A program made the translations under genes and the position numbers. A stretch of 32,000 bases of DNA from Wolbachia endosymbiont strain TRS of Brugia malayi (GTDB lineage: Bacteria > Pseudomonadota > Alphaproteobacteria > Rickettsiales > Anaplasmataceae): the NCBI RefSeq assembly GCF_000008385.1, contig NC_006833.1, positions 120,001 through 152,000 on the forward strand, read 5' to 3'. Numbering within the stretch: position 1 is the stretch's first letter; each line of letters begins with the position of its first letter. The notes beneath the pieces were generated by a model that made no database searches, was not told the DNA's origin, and was given only the letters and a program-made list of their open reading frames with translations. Positions 10,191 to 20,461 of this stretch are shown here, piece by piece.

Positions 10191-11106
10191 CTTTACCTCC
10201 TTGAATGAAATGAGTCAAAATATTTGCAATTGAAACAATTTCTATTTTATCAGTCTTTTCAAGCTTGTGAAATATGGTATCTGTAGTCACTAATTTATCT
10301 AGAGAAGAGGAAGAGATTTTTTCAATTGCATTCCCTGAAAGTACGCCATGTGTTATGCATGAAATTACAGACCTTGCTCTACGATTTTTTAAAGCGAGAG
10401 CTGCATTACATAATGTTCCACCGGAGTCGACTATATCATCAACAATGACACAATTTTTATTTGTGGCTTCTCCTATTACATTCATTACATGAGATGTGCC
10501 TGCTTTCTCCCTATATTTATCTATTATGATAATCTTATCACTCAATTTTATCTCGTACTTTTTCTCTAAAGTCTTTGCAAAAGCACGTGCTCTACCGATT
10601 GCTCCAACATCAGGTGCAACTATTGCCAAGTTTTCTATATGTATAGAGTCAGCGAATGCTTCAAAACAACTCAAATTAGTTAGTGGTACATCAAAAAACC
10701 CTTCAATTTGACTTGAATGCAAATCAATGACTGCAACACTGCTTGCACCTGCAGTCTGAATAAGATTTGCGACTAATTTGGCGTTTAAAGCAGATTGCAT
10801 GTTGTTGTTTTTAATGATTCTGTCCTGCCTACTATACCCATAGTAGGGAATAATTGTCGTAATTCTTTTAGTTCCTGACCTCTTTACTGCATCAATTATG
10901 AACAGAAGCTCCATAAGATGGTCGTTCACAGGGGGAGAAATGGACTGTATTATATATACCTCTTGACTGCAGAGGTTACTTTCCACTTCCGCATTTATCG
11001 CACCATCGGCAAACTTTGATACCTGAGCGGAAAATGGCTGAACATTCAGCTTGTTAGCTATTAATTTTCCTAGCTCTTTACTAGCATTACCTATTATTAT
11101 CTTCAT
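10180..11106 (-). CDS. prs: Ribose-phosphate pyrophosphokinase
   Basis: 308 aa; FADGAINAEV, YIIQSISPPVNDHLMELL, RSGTKRITTIIPYYGYSRQDR, VAVIDLHSSQIEGFF, CVIVDDIVDSGGTL. Confidence 0.96.
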   Translation of the reverse strand: MKIIIGNASKELGKLIANKLNVQPFSAQVSKFADGAINAEVESNLCSQEVYIIQSISPPVNDHLMELLFIIDAVKRSGTKRITTIIPYYGYSRQDRIIKNNNMQSALNAKLVANLIQTAGASSVAVIDLHSSQIEGFFDVPLTNLSCFEAFADSIHIENLAIVAPDVGAIGRARAFAKTLEKKYEIKLSDKIIIIDKYREKAGTSHVMNVIGEATNKNCVIVDDIVDSGGTLCNAALALKNRRARSVISCITHGVLSGNAIEKISSSSLDKLVTTDTIFHKLEKTDKIEIVSIANILTHFIQGGKDAS

Positions 11107-11230
11107 AATATACCAATTAAACTTGTAAGATTATACAGAAATTATGAGATGATAGAAATTGAGTTTCTTTATTTTAACGTTCTTGTCAATGAATTAGTTG
11201 CATAGCTGTCGATCGTTCAGTAACTCACAC

Positions 11231-11690
11231 AGAAATGCAAAAACTACTTGACAAACCTCGCTAGCCCCCTTATCCCGATACTGGAGGTATTAAGTTACCT
11301 TCAATCTGTGCAGATTAAAATAATAAAGTGTTATATAGTTAGCATCTTATGTTTAATTTTTTGCACTATATGTACCTTATGTCTTCACAATATTTCTAAT
11401 TTTTTACCTATATAAGTTGAAACTCGCTTATAAAGCGTTTAGGACAGTATAATATACTAATTTGCAGGATTAGAGAGTAAATACTATCACCATAATATAT
11501 CTTTTGCCTTTTTTTTGCCTAGTAAATTTCTAAAACATTTATGACTAAAGGTTAGTTGCAATAAAAAACAACTAAGTCGCGATTACTAAGTATTTAAAAC
11601 ATAAAAAAACGCTAGTGTTTTTAAATAGATATTAACTAGGGCTTCTTTTGTCTTTTTCTTACTTGGTGGATTTCTTAAATATTTGTAGCT
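11231..11690 (+). repeat. Dispersed intergenic repeat, copy 2 (R2), with two tandem tail modules about 144 bp apart
   Basis: Head CAAAAACTACTTGACAAACCTCGCTAGCCCCCTTAT; tail modules GCCTAGTAAATTTC at 11521 and CTTGGTGGATTTCTTAAATATTTGTAGCT at 11665. Confidence 0.85.
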
Positions 11691-11722
11691 GAAGCAACTT
11701 ATGAGCAAACGAAAATGGTACA

Positions 11723-11745
11723 ATTCCAGCGCGCGACGCTGGAAT
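11723..11745. repeat. Perfect 9-bp-stem hairpin with 5-nt loop
   Basis: ATTCCAGCG (11723-11731), loop CGCGA, CGCTGGAAT (11737-11745). Confidence 0.85.
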
Positions 11746-11747
11746 AG

Positions 11748-11903
11748 CTTTGTTGCATAGCACACGAAAAAAATATGGTGGTTATCGACAAAATTCATTA
11801 TAAGATGGCCACTTAACCACTTAACAAAAAACATGCCAGTAAAATGAAAGTCAGCAACCAAAATGAATACAATAAATTCCTCAAAGAGAGGAGAAATATT
11901 TTC
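11748..11903 (-). repeat. ~156 bp dispersed element, copy 2 (opposite orientation to 2224-2380)
   Basis: Reverse complement reads AAATATTTCTCCTCTCTTTGAGG...GTTAAGTGGCCATCTTATAATGAATTTTGTC...TGCTATGCAACAAAG. Confidence 0.8.
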
Positions 11904-12119
11904 TGTTTTATCAGATGAAGCAATTGACAATTGATATGAACAAAAGTGCAAGGTGGTAACTATGTTTACAGTGATAAAGTCAGTAGGAATTGGTATTAGT
12001 AATAAATTAGTAAAGTCATATTAAAATGTGACTGAAATTTGACTTAAAAATTTTTTAATACTTAATAGGTAACTCATATTCATAAATAACAAGGAACCCA
12101 TTTTATGCACTACAAGCTG

Positions 12120-12929
12120 AAGCAGAAAATTTCTCATTTGACAAGTAGTGACTGATAAAAAAGATAATGCTAAAGCAAATTCTGGTAAGATAATGTACCC
12201 AAACTTTTTTGAAATAGACTTTATTATCAACGAAAAGGAAATAGATTGTAATGTGACTCGCATGTTAATTGAAAAAGCTAAGAAAGGTCATAAATTTGGT
12301 GAAACATGGGAAGATTATTATAGATCAATTTCTGATAATAAAAGAATTAGCATATACAAAAATGTTTGAGTATGCTGATCATTATGGGATAGTACCTAAT
12401 GAGACCATTACAGGGGAATTAATCACTAATTGTAATGACGCTGGTATTTTAATAGACTAATTTTTAGCGATTCACTTAAAACTCGGTTTGGGTTACGACT
12501 TTATGATTGCAAGAAAATGGTAAATATTCATTATGATGGTACTAATGTTATAGCAGTGAGATCCAAAATCGTAGCAGATGTAGAAGACCTTAATCCATCA
12601 GAAGTGCTTAATCAAGAAAAGAAATGGGTAGTCAGTTAGATGATTCACTTGAATCTGTGCTTGAAGCCAAAGTTAATGAAAACACAAGCGATATAAGAAT
12701 ATAGAATGGCAAACTATTGCTCATTGTTCCTAAAGAAATGAGGGATTACACTATAGGAAGTGGCAGAAGTTTGCTCGATATTATTACTGAGTATTTCCAA
12801 GAATTATGTGAAAAATCAGGATTTATTAAGAAGGAATATAGAATAGAACGTAATGTTGATAATACTTTCGTGCTAGATAGAAGAGTAAATGAACCTGCTG
12901 TTACTAATAACAGAAAAGAAATAAGCTGA
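12120..12929 (+). pseudogene. Degraded hypothetical gene, family not identified
   Basis: Consecutive protein-like segments in different frames: MTDKKDNAKANSGKIMYPNFFEIDFIINEK...YYRSISDNKRISIYK; KMFEYADHYGIVPNETITGELITNCNDAGILID; SKIVADVEDLNPSEVLNQEKKWVVS; MLIVPKEMRDYTIGSGRSLLDIITEYFQELCEKSG. Confidence 0.45.
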
Positions 12930-13034
12930 GTGTAGCGAGTAGAAGACTTTTTAATAACAGCTCTGGATTAGAAGGAGAATATTTAAAGATAGGAAAAGTA
13001 TCTATTCTACGCTGAACAGATAACTTGAAGAAAA

Positions 13035-14190
13035 CTAATTTTTAATTTGCGATATAGCAACCAGCCCAATTAATGCACAAAAAATCATACAAAAACTAGC
13101 TGAAGTCTCTTGTCCTGTAACCCCTTGATAACTGTTGTGCATATGAATGGTGTACCAATAATCCATCAGATATATTTCTTGATAAACTAAATCCGCTGTA
13201 CTGCACCTTTGTTGGAAATAATCGCACATAAGTGCACCGACAGGATCAAGCAATGCGGCTATTGGGATTATAAAAGAATGTGTACCATTATAATCAGCAA
13301 ATCATTACCACTTAATATTATTGAAAAAACTGGATAACTTGCTATTTACAAAAGTTATGAATACAAATTTCATGACTTTTTCTCTTCCTATCTTGTCGAA
13401 AGTATTGCAACTAATATAGTTAATCCTCCGAACGCAATTTGGCTCAGTATTTTTACTATATGGGTAAGAATGAGTATTTATTGTTAATGTAAGCACATTG
13501 AAAAATACTAGGTACATGTAAAGGGACGAATTTTCAACTATGTCGACCCCTATTGATACCAGAAAAGTTTTTTATAGCAATTCAATAGTTCTTTTAATGG
13601 TAATTCAGGTGGATTTTTCTGCTTTTTATACTCTGGGCTCTCATCAAGTATATACCTTGGTATTATGCTGATTAATCCCACTACTAAATTAAAACTAAAA
13701 GGTAACCTCCATTCCCAAGATTTGAAATCAGATACTTTTTTGCATATGAGTACTGCTATAAGACTCAGGATTGACCCAAGAATTGCGCTTAATACTTCAA
13801 TACTGCCAAAGAATTTCTTCTTGTTTTTAGGAGCATGCTCTAAAAATGGAATATTTCCTGCCTCTCTTCCAAAAGATATACCCTGCAATAACCTTAAACA
13901 TACCACCAGTATTGATGGCAAGTATTCCGAGATTTTGATACCATGGCATAAAAGCAATTAATACGGTTGATAGAGTCATCAATATAATTGAGAGCAATAG
14001 GGTAAACTTTCTTCTATGTTTATTGGCCAATATGGCTAAACATAGCAGCACCGGTTGTCCCATCAGGGGAAACCCACTACAAATATTCCAAAAGCCTTTG
14101 GTAGGCTAACCAACTGATCGCATAATGAAAAAAATATCGCCGATTATGTTTACTAGATGACCAAAAAGCATGTGACATACCACAGTACAG
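13035..14190 (-). pseudogene. Major facilitator superfamily transporter remnant (proline/betaine transporter-like)
   Basis: Segments LFGHL / MGQPV, HRRKFTLLLSIILMTLSTVLIAFMPWY, VVCLRLLQGISFGREAGNIPFLEHAPKNKKKFFGS, SWEWRLPFSFNLVVGLISIIPRYILDESPEYKK in shifted frames. Confidence 0.8.
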
Positions 14191-14679
14191 TGTTACAAAT
14201 TAAACTTGATAATATTACTTTTGTAATTTACCACACAATTTTCTACATTCAGAATGTGAAGGGTAGGATAAAATAAATTAGGAGATTTTTCTACTGATTA
14301 CATATAACTAAAAGGAGGTGAGAGTTTTGAGTCTTTTTGCATAATTACAAACCATAACAAAGTCGTAGATTTTGAATTGCTGATGCGACTGACTTCCTAA
14401 CCGTAGCACCTTTTAAAGTTTTGTTCATATGCTCAACTTGCTAAAGGCAAGAAAATTTGACATCTCTCGATATTCTGGCATAATTATATATGCAGAAAAA
14501 ATCTGAAAAATTTTTGTCTAGTACAGTTTTTTTAAAGTAGAATATTTTCCAAATATAAAGAAAGATTTGTATCTAATAAACAGATAAATTTAATGAATAT
14601 CATTGAATCTGACAAACAAATGTTTCAAGACTATTAGAGCATTTGATAGTATTGAGAAAAGAGATTACTAGTAGATAAT

Positions 14680-15176
14680 TTAATCAAGAAAGTTAAGGAT
14701 ATAGTATTGCTTCAGATGGAATAAATTATCAGGAACGGGTGCAGGAAGTAAGCAACAGTTTTGATGAAATAAAAGTTTTTATAGAGCAGAAAAAAGAAAT
14801 ACTAAAATATATTGTGTCTTGGCTTAAAGAAGATAAACAAGAGAATTTCTTAAAAGAGTTTGAACAAATACAAATAGATTTCTCAGAAAAAGCAAAAAGA
14901 TTAACTTCTTTAGCAATGAAAAAGCTAAAAATATTAACTATAGCAGACCTAAATCTAGCAGTAATAAGTCAAAATCAGTATATGAAAATATCTTATAAGT
15001 CTGTTATAAGTCGAAATTCTGTACATATTATGCTAATAAAGAAAAATTCAGATAATAGTTTTGCATTTTATGATCCTAATTTATGGTGCAGTTTTTGACC
15101 TAACAGAAGAACAGCTATGTGAGGTTATAACTCAATCATTTTATGGCTACTAAGAATGAGCAAATTATATATTGTC
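14680..15176 (+). pseudogene. Degraded hypothetical; C-terminus has a possible His/Asp protease-like HIMLI...FYDPN motif (YopT/C58-like effector possible, weak)
   Basis: Frame 1: GYSIASDGINYQERVQEVSNSFDEIKVFIEQKKEIL...NSVHIMLIKKNSDNSFAFYDPNL; after a frameshift: GAVFDLTEEQLCEVITQSFYGY*. Confidence 0.35.
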
Positions 15177-15244
15177 GAGCTGTTTATCTTATTTACCTCA
15201 GTTGTTGCTAGAATTGTTGTAGCAGTATATGGTTATAATCCAGC

Positions 15245-15518
15245 GTATCGCTTATAATTTGTTTAGTAGATTTGTCAATTTTGTGTTGCTTAAACGAAAA
15301 ATTAATGCCGCAAATGTATAACACTATTATATAAGCTGATAGTATAACAGCTTTTCGTAGAGAGCATGAGGCTGAATTGGAAAATCTTATAGATAAGTAT
15401 TGCGGTAATGATAGCAAATCAAAGGATGTAGCTATTATAATCGACCCACAAGTAAAAAGTATAACTGAGGAAAATTTAATTTTGGACAACGTTCATAACT
15501 TATATGCGTCGAGTTAAC
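15245..15518 (+). pseudogene. Degraded hypothetical ORF fragment
   Basis: LIICLVDLSILCCLNEKLMPQMYNTII*ADSITAFRREHEAELENLIDKYCGNDSKSKDVAIIIDPQVKSITEENLILDNVHNLYASS*, one frame with one internal stop. Confidence 0.4.
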
Positions 15519-15789
15519 CCATAACTCCTTTTTCGGTGGTATGATCTTCTCATTTATTATACCATCACACTCAGGGACTATACATCACGGTTTGTTTTAT
15601 ATCATAATGGTATGTTTTATTTTTCCAAATATGGAAAGAAAATGTGAGCATGACATAAATATTATATTAATAACAATATTTTATTAAATCTTAATATTTT
15701 TATATTATTGCCCATGTATTTCTATAGTATACTATACTTAAGTAAAAAAGTTATTTTTATATATATACAAAATCTTTCAATAGAACGCT

Positions 15790-16791
15790 ATGGCACATAT
15801 TCCAGTCTTATTAAAAGAGATGCTATTACAACTTTCACCACAAAATGGTGGTATATATGTGGATGCTACATTTGGAGCTGGAGGATATAGCAAAGCAATA
15901 CTGGAATCAGCTGATTGCAAAGTGTATGCGATTGATAGAGATAAAACTGTTATTAAATTTTATGAGGATTTAAATATTAAGTACCCCAGTAGAGTAAAGC
16001 TATTTATTGAAAAATTTAGCAATATAAGAAGTATATTAGATAGTAATAGCCTTGAATACCTTGTAGAGCCCTCTGCTGTCTCAAAACTCTCTTCCATTAT
16101 CTCATCTGGGATTCAGAAAAAAAATATATGGATCTCAGCGTCAAGCACTGGAGTGACACCAAGTAATACTGTAGATGGAGTTGTATTTGACATAGGAGTT
16201 TCATCTATGCAGCTTGATGACGGAGATAGAGGATTCTCATTTTTACATGATGGTCCACTTGACATGAGAATGGATAACTCTTCTCATACAAACGCTTCAA
16301 CATTTGTTAACGCTTTACGCGAAGAAGAAATTGCAAACACTATATATAACTATGGAGGCGAGCGTCATTCTCGTAGAATTGCAAGAGCAATAGTAAACGC
16401 ACGGAAGAAAAAAACTATCAAAACTACATTTGAGCTTGCAAATATTGTGCGTTCTGTAGTGTTTCGTGGAAAAAGTAAAATTGATCCTGCAACTAGGACA
16501 TTTCAGGCAATTAGAATATGGGTAAATGACGAACTGGGAGAACTTGAAAAGGGCATTAAAGCAGCATCTGAAATTTTAAATAAGAATGGCAAGTTAATAG
16601 TTGTCACTTTTCATTCTTTGGAAGACCGTATAGTCAAAACTTTTTTTAAAAGTTTATGTGAGCCAAGATCTATCGATTGTAAGGTATTCTCTCTCCTAAA
16701 TAAAAAAATGATCAAAGCAAGCGCAGAAGAAGTAAATGCAAATCCACGTTCGCGTTCAGCAAAGCTAAGAGCTATACAGAGGTTATCGTGA
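15790..16791 (+). CDS. rsmH: 16S rRNA (cytosine(1402)-N(4))-methyltransferase
   Basis: 333 aa; HIPVLLKEMLLQLSP, YVDATFGAGGYSKAIL, GVVFDIGVSSMQLDDGDRGFSFLHDGPLDMRMD, RTFQAIRIWVNDELGEL, LIVVTFHSLEDRIVK, RSAKLRAI. Confidence 0.96.
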   Translation: MAHIPVLLKEMLLQLSPQNGGIYVDATFGAGGYSKAILESADCKVYAIDRDKTVIKFYEDLNIKYPSRVKLFIEKFSNIRSILDSNSLEYLVEPSAVSKLSSIISSGIQKKNIWISASSTGVTPSNTVDGVVFDIGVSSMQLDDGDRGFSFLHDGPLDMRMDNSSHTNASTFVNALREEEIANTIYNYGGERHSRRIARAIVNARKKKTIKTTFELANIVRSVVFRGKSKIDPATRTFQAIRIWVNDELGELEKGIKAASEILNKNGKLIVVTFHSLEDRIVKTFFKSLCEPRSIDCKVFSLLNKKMIKASAEEVNANPRSRSAKLRAIQRLS

Positions 16792-17081
16792 GAATTTTCT
16801 GTATTATCTTAATAATTATGTTTTTTTAATATTATAGACCTGTTTAAGGTAAAATTACATGTTCAGTCATTAAATAAAGAGCTAATAGAAATAAGAAGTG
16901 AGATTAGTTTGGTGTGTAAAGCGATATAAGAGTTCTACAAGCAGAATGGAGCTATTTGAATAATCTGAAAAGGCTTGTAAAGCTTATGAAGAAATATTTG
17001 AGAGATAACTCTTTAGTGTTAGCTGGTTAGATTAAAAACCTTGACGCTATAAATGGTCGCAGTGTATCAGCCACAACTTAA
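16789..17081 (+). pseudogene. ftsL: FtsL-like cell division protein remnant
   Basis: Segments IDLFKVKLHVQSLNKELIEIRSEISLVCKAI then, after a frameshift, VLQAEWSYLNNLKRLVKLMKKYLRDNSLVLAG*IKNLDAINGRSVSATT*. Coiled-coil followed by EWSYLNNPxRLE-like motif, directly after rsmH. Confidence 0.65.
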
Positions 17082-17169
17082 AAACCCAGGTTGATGATTT
17101 TGCGACTCTCTGCTTAAATGTAGAGCAAGTTTTTCAGCATAACCTTAATTTTTTTATATATTTTACTTC

Positions 17170-18360
17170 TTTGCACTTACTACGTAGCTCTTTTAGTGAA
17201 GCAACAAAAATTTGCAAAAATTTTTATAATTTTTTTGATGTCTTTTGTGCTATTAGCTTTGCTGATAGACATATCTATTGCAGTGTAGCCATCATTGCAC
17301 TTAATGCTCAGGTTTGCTCCCTTTTCTATTAGCAGTTAAGCTATATCAAAAAATCTCCTTAAACAGCAAGATGTAGAGGCATATAACCCTGCTGCTCACA
17401 AATATTCATATTGGCTTTAATTTTCAATAACATTTTTACAACTTTTGTATGGTCTTTTTTAACTGCTAAGTGTAAAGGGACTCTGTTACATCTACTGACA
17501 GCATTGATCTACTTTAAGCTTCAATAGGAACTTAACTGCTTTAGTGTTACCACTATAGCTAGCCTTATGTAACCTGGTGTCATCATTAAAATCTTGATCA
17601 TTTGTTTCTATTCTCTTTGAAACAAGAAATATTACCATCCTCTTAATTATTATGCTCAATAGCATAATCTAATGCATCAAAACCATGATTGTTTTTTGTA
17701 CAAATAAATCCTTTAAAGTTAGCTTTTGCTTGCTGTTTCTTTACAATGGGCTTAAGTATTTGCATTTTATTGTTATATCCTGCTAGGAAAAGCGTAGTAT
17801 TATTTTTGTATCTTTTGCTTCTATGTTTGCACCTCTTTTTATCAGATATTCTATAATTTCTGCTCTACTTTCGTAATACGCAATGCATTGATAAATAGTC
17901 AAAAATAAAGGAGTGCGGAAATTATTATCTTCACATTCAAGATTTGCTTCCCTATCAATTAAAGTTTGAACACTTTTTTTAGAAACGCATAGTGAAGCTA
18001 TATAAAGAGGAGTATAGCCTTCTTAGGCATCTTTTTCATTGATTTTTGCGTCTTTTCTATCAAAAAACTTATTAATTCTGTATCATCTTGTAGTGCGCGA
18101 AGTAAATCCATTTTTATCCTTAGAATTAATTGTAAGTTGATTAACAAGGAGTTTATCAATTTTCTTGTGCCCATGCATAATGGTATGGATTTCTATTTTC
18201 ATAGTCTATTACATTAAAATCTGCTTCGTGCTCTAATAATGATTTTACTTTAATTACATCACCTTCTTTTGCAAATTTACGCAAAAGAGTGATTTCATTT
18301 GCATCTTTTTAGTTAATAATCAAATCTACTTTTCACTAATTGGTTTATATCTTCCTCATG
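17170..18360 (-). pseudogene. Ankyrin-repeat protein remnant
   Basis: Minus-strand segments: LLRKFAKEGDVIKVKSLLEHEADFNVIDYENRNPYHYAW; EGYTPLYIASLCVSKKSVQTLIDREANLECEDNNFRTPLFLTIYQC; EIIEYLIKRGANIEAKD; LHKASYSGNTKAVKFLLKLKVD; LLIEKGANLSIKCNDGYTAIDM. Multiple stops and shifts. Confidence 0.87.
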
Positions 18361-18553
18361 TGCCATATTACTTAAATCTCCAAACTCTTTTCCTTATTAA
18401 TAGTACTCCTACTTAATTGAGTTTAGATGAATCTGTGAGAAATATATCATAGCTGAGATATTGCACATGGTTGTACGAGTGCCCTTCGCCAAAGCGAGGG
18501 TATTTTCAAGTAAGCTGGCCAACATCTAGGTTCTTTAGCAAAAAAAATGGATT

Positions 18554-18976
18554 AAATGCAAAAATACTTGATAAACTTTGCCAGTCTCCTTATCATAGTA
18601 AGCTTAATTATTTATCTTTTCTATACAGGTTAAGTAACAAAAAACTTAATGTATTTAGTATTTCGCATTTAATTTTCTGCACTATGTGCACTTTATGTTT
18701 TTTATATTGTTATCTATTACCAACTAGTACTGTAAATTGCGCTTGCTAAAAAACGCCAACTGATAAAATGATAGTGAACAACTAACTGTTCTAGGTCTTT
18801 TTTTCTATCAGTAAGTTTCTTAATATTTATAATTTAGATTAATTGCAGCTCAAAAGCAACCTAGTCATGATTATTAAGTGTTTAGAATAAAAAAACGCCA
18901 TATTTAAAAATTAAATATAAATAAGTAGTCACTCACTAGGTTTTTTTTACCTTTTTTCTACTTATTAAATTTCTTA
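18554..18976 (+). repeat. Dispersed intergenic repeat, copy 3 (R3)
   Basis: ATGCAAAAATACTTGATAAACTTTGCCAGTCTCCTTATC...AATTTTCTGCACTATGTGCACTTTATG...; tail modules at 18810 and 18964. Confidence 0.85.
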
Positions 18977-20433
18977 TAACCGTTCACGGAGATAAGGGAT
19001 TTACAAAGTGATTGTAAAAGTGTAAAGACATGAGAAGCTAAGTATAGAGTGGGTATGATAACAGGGCTGCAGAAAAGATTGTGGCGTACAAATCAAAAAA
19101 CGCTAATCTCAAAGAAGAAATAAAGGCTCTGATTATAGAAAATGATGGCTTAAAAGCAAAAATAATTGAGCTAGAAGATAAACTGGGTCTGAACTCAAAA
19201 AGTTCATCTCTACCACCATCGCAAGATATATATCGCAAAAAAACAAAAAAGAAAAGTGATAAAAAACCAGGAGGTCAGCCAGGGCATAAGGTATATAAGT
19301 GAGATTTGATGGTAGCAAATATAGTAGTAGACTATACAATTTTATCAGGTTTGTGTGTGTGGAAATAAGGTTGTTTTAGAAGATGAAATTGTCCATTAAA
19401 AGGTAGAATTACCAGAAATCAAACCAATCGTAACTGAGTACAGGTTGCAAAGAAACTATTACAGAGCTTGTGATAGGAAGGGTTCAGCTAGTTTAACCAT
19501 GGGGGTTTCAAGAGGTCCTCTAGGGTTCAATGCTAAAACAACAATTAGCAGCCTAAGTGGCTTTTTTATTAACTCGAAAAGAAAAGTACAACAAATTTTA
19601 AGCAGTATATTTAACCTCAATATAAGTCTTAGTTTAGTATCAAAGACTGAGCACAGAGTATCAAAAGATGCGCATCTGAATATGAGAAAATGAAGGAAGA
19701 ATTGAAAGAAACCTGCATATAGATGAAACATAGCACAGAAATCAAGGAGAAAGAGGCTGGGTTGGGTAATAACAACAAAGCGCTCTGACACTTCTAAAGA
19801 TGACCGAGTCTCGTGGCAAGAAGGTGTTGCAAAGTTTACTGCCAGAATACAATGGCATAGTTGTAAGCAACAATACGCTGCGTACAATTATTTTAGTTTG
19901 AAAATAGATAGATATGTTGGACACATTTGACAAGAGATTTTCAAAGATTTGCGTATAGTAAAAATATTGAAGTGAGCAAAATTGGCCAGGCGCTCAAGTC
20001 ACTCAATAACAGAGTATTTGTGGTACAAAAGCAAAAAAATAAAATTTGGTAGATGATTTACGATTTTATCAACTAATGTAAAAATTTTGAAAAAGGGTAG
20101 AACATCTTTTGTGTAAAATGACTAGGGTTATAAATGGTACTCAAACTTTGAGGATGGCTGCCAAGATGTTAAGATCTGAGGATATGGAAGTTTTTACGAA
20201 AACTTGAAGTGATAGATACAACCAATAACCTTGCAGAACGGTAAATGAGGCGCTATGTAATCTATTGTAAGAACAGCTTTTTCACTTGGTCAGAACGTGG
20301 AGAAAGATTCATAAAGATGTTGTCGATATTTTAACTTCGCGTCTAAATGGCCAAAATTCCTTTCAAAAGTTACAGAATCTAGTAACTGTTACTGCTTAAT
20401 TCTTTATTCATTTCCACAATTTGTAAACGGTTA
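18977..20433 (+). mobile_element. IS66-family insertion sequence, inactivated transposase
   Basis: MAYKSKNANLKEEIKALIIENDGLKAKIIELEDKLGLNSKSSSLPPSQD...KKPGGQPGHK; later SLSGFFINSKRKVQQILSSIFNLNISLSLVSKTE, DTFDKRFSKI, NNLAER*MRRYVIYCKNSFFTWSERGERFIK across frames. Candidate ends TAACCGTTCACGG and TAACCGTTTACAA (reverse complement of right end). Confidence 0.85.
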
Positions 20434-20461
20434 CTACTAGATTAGTAACTACTCACTTGAG

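Noticed and set aside
10274-10711. Plus-strand ORFs 10274..10492 and 10496..10711
   Set aside because: Antisense shadows of prs, with no independent domain signal.
11586-11951. ORF 11586..11951 (-, 121 aa) as a real protein
   Set aside because: Spans repeat R2, the 11723 hairpin and the 156 bp element. The other element copy at 2224-2380 has stops in the matching frame.
18471-18749. ORF 18471..18749 (+, 92 aa)
   Set aside because: Covers the start of dispersed repeat R3; related reading frames in other copies are not conserved, so likely spurious.
19038-19933. Minus-strand ORFs inside the IS66 region
   Set aside because: Antisense to recognisable IS66 transposase segments.
18977-20433. Target-site duplication for the IS66 element
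   Set aside because: The flanking 8-mers (ATTTCTTA left, CTACTAGA right) do not match, so the boundaries remain approximate.
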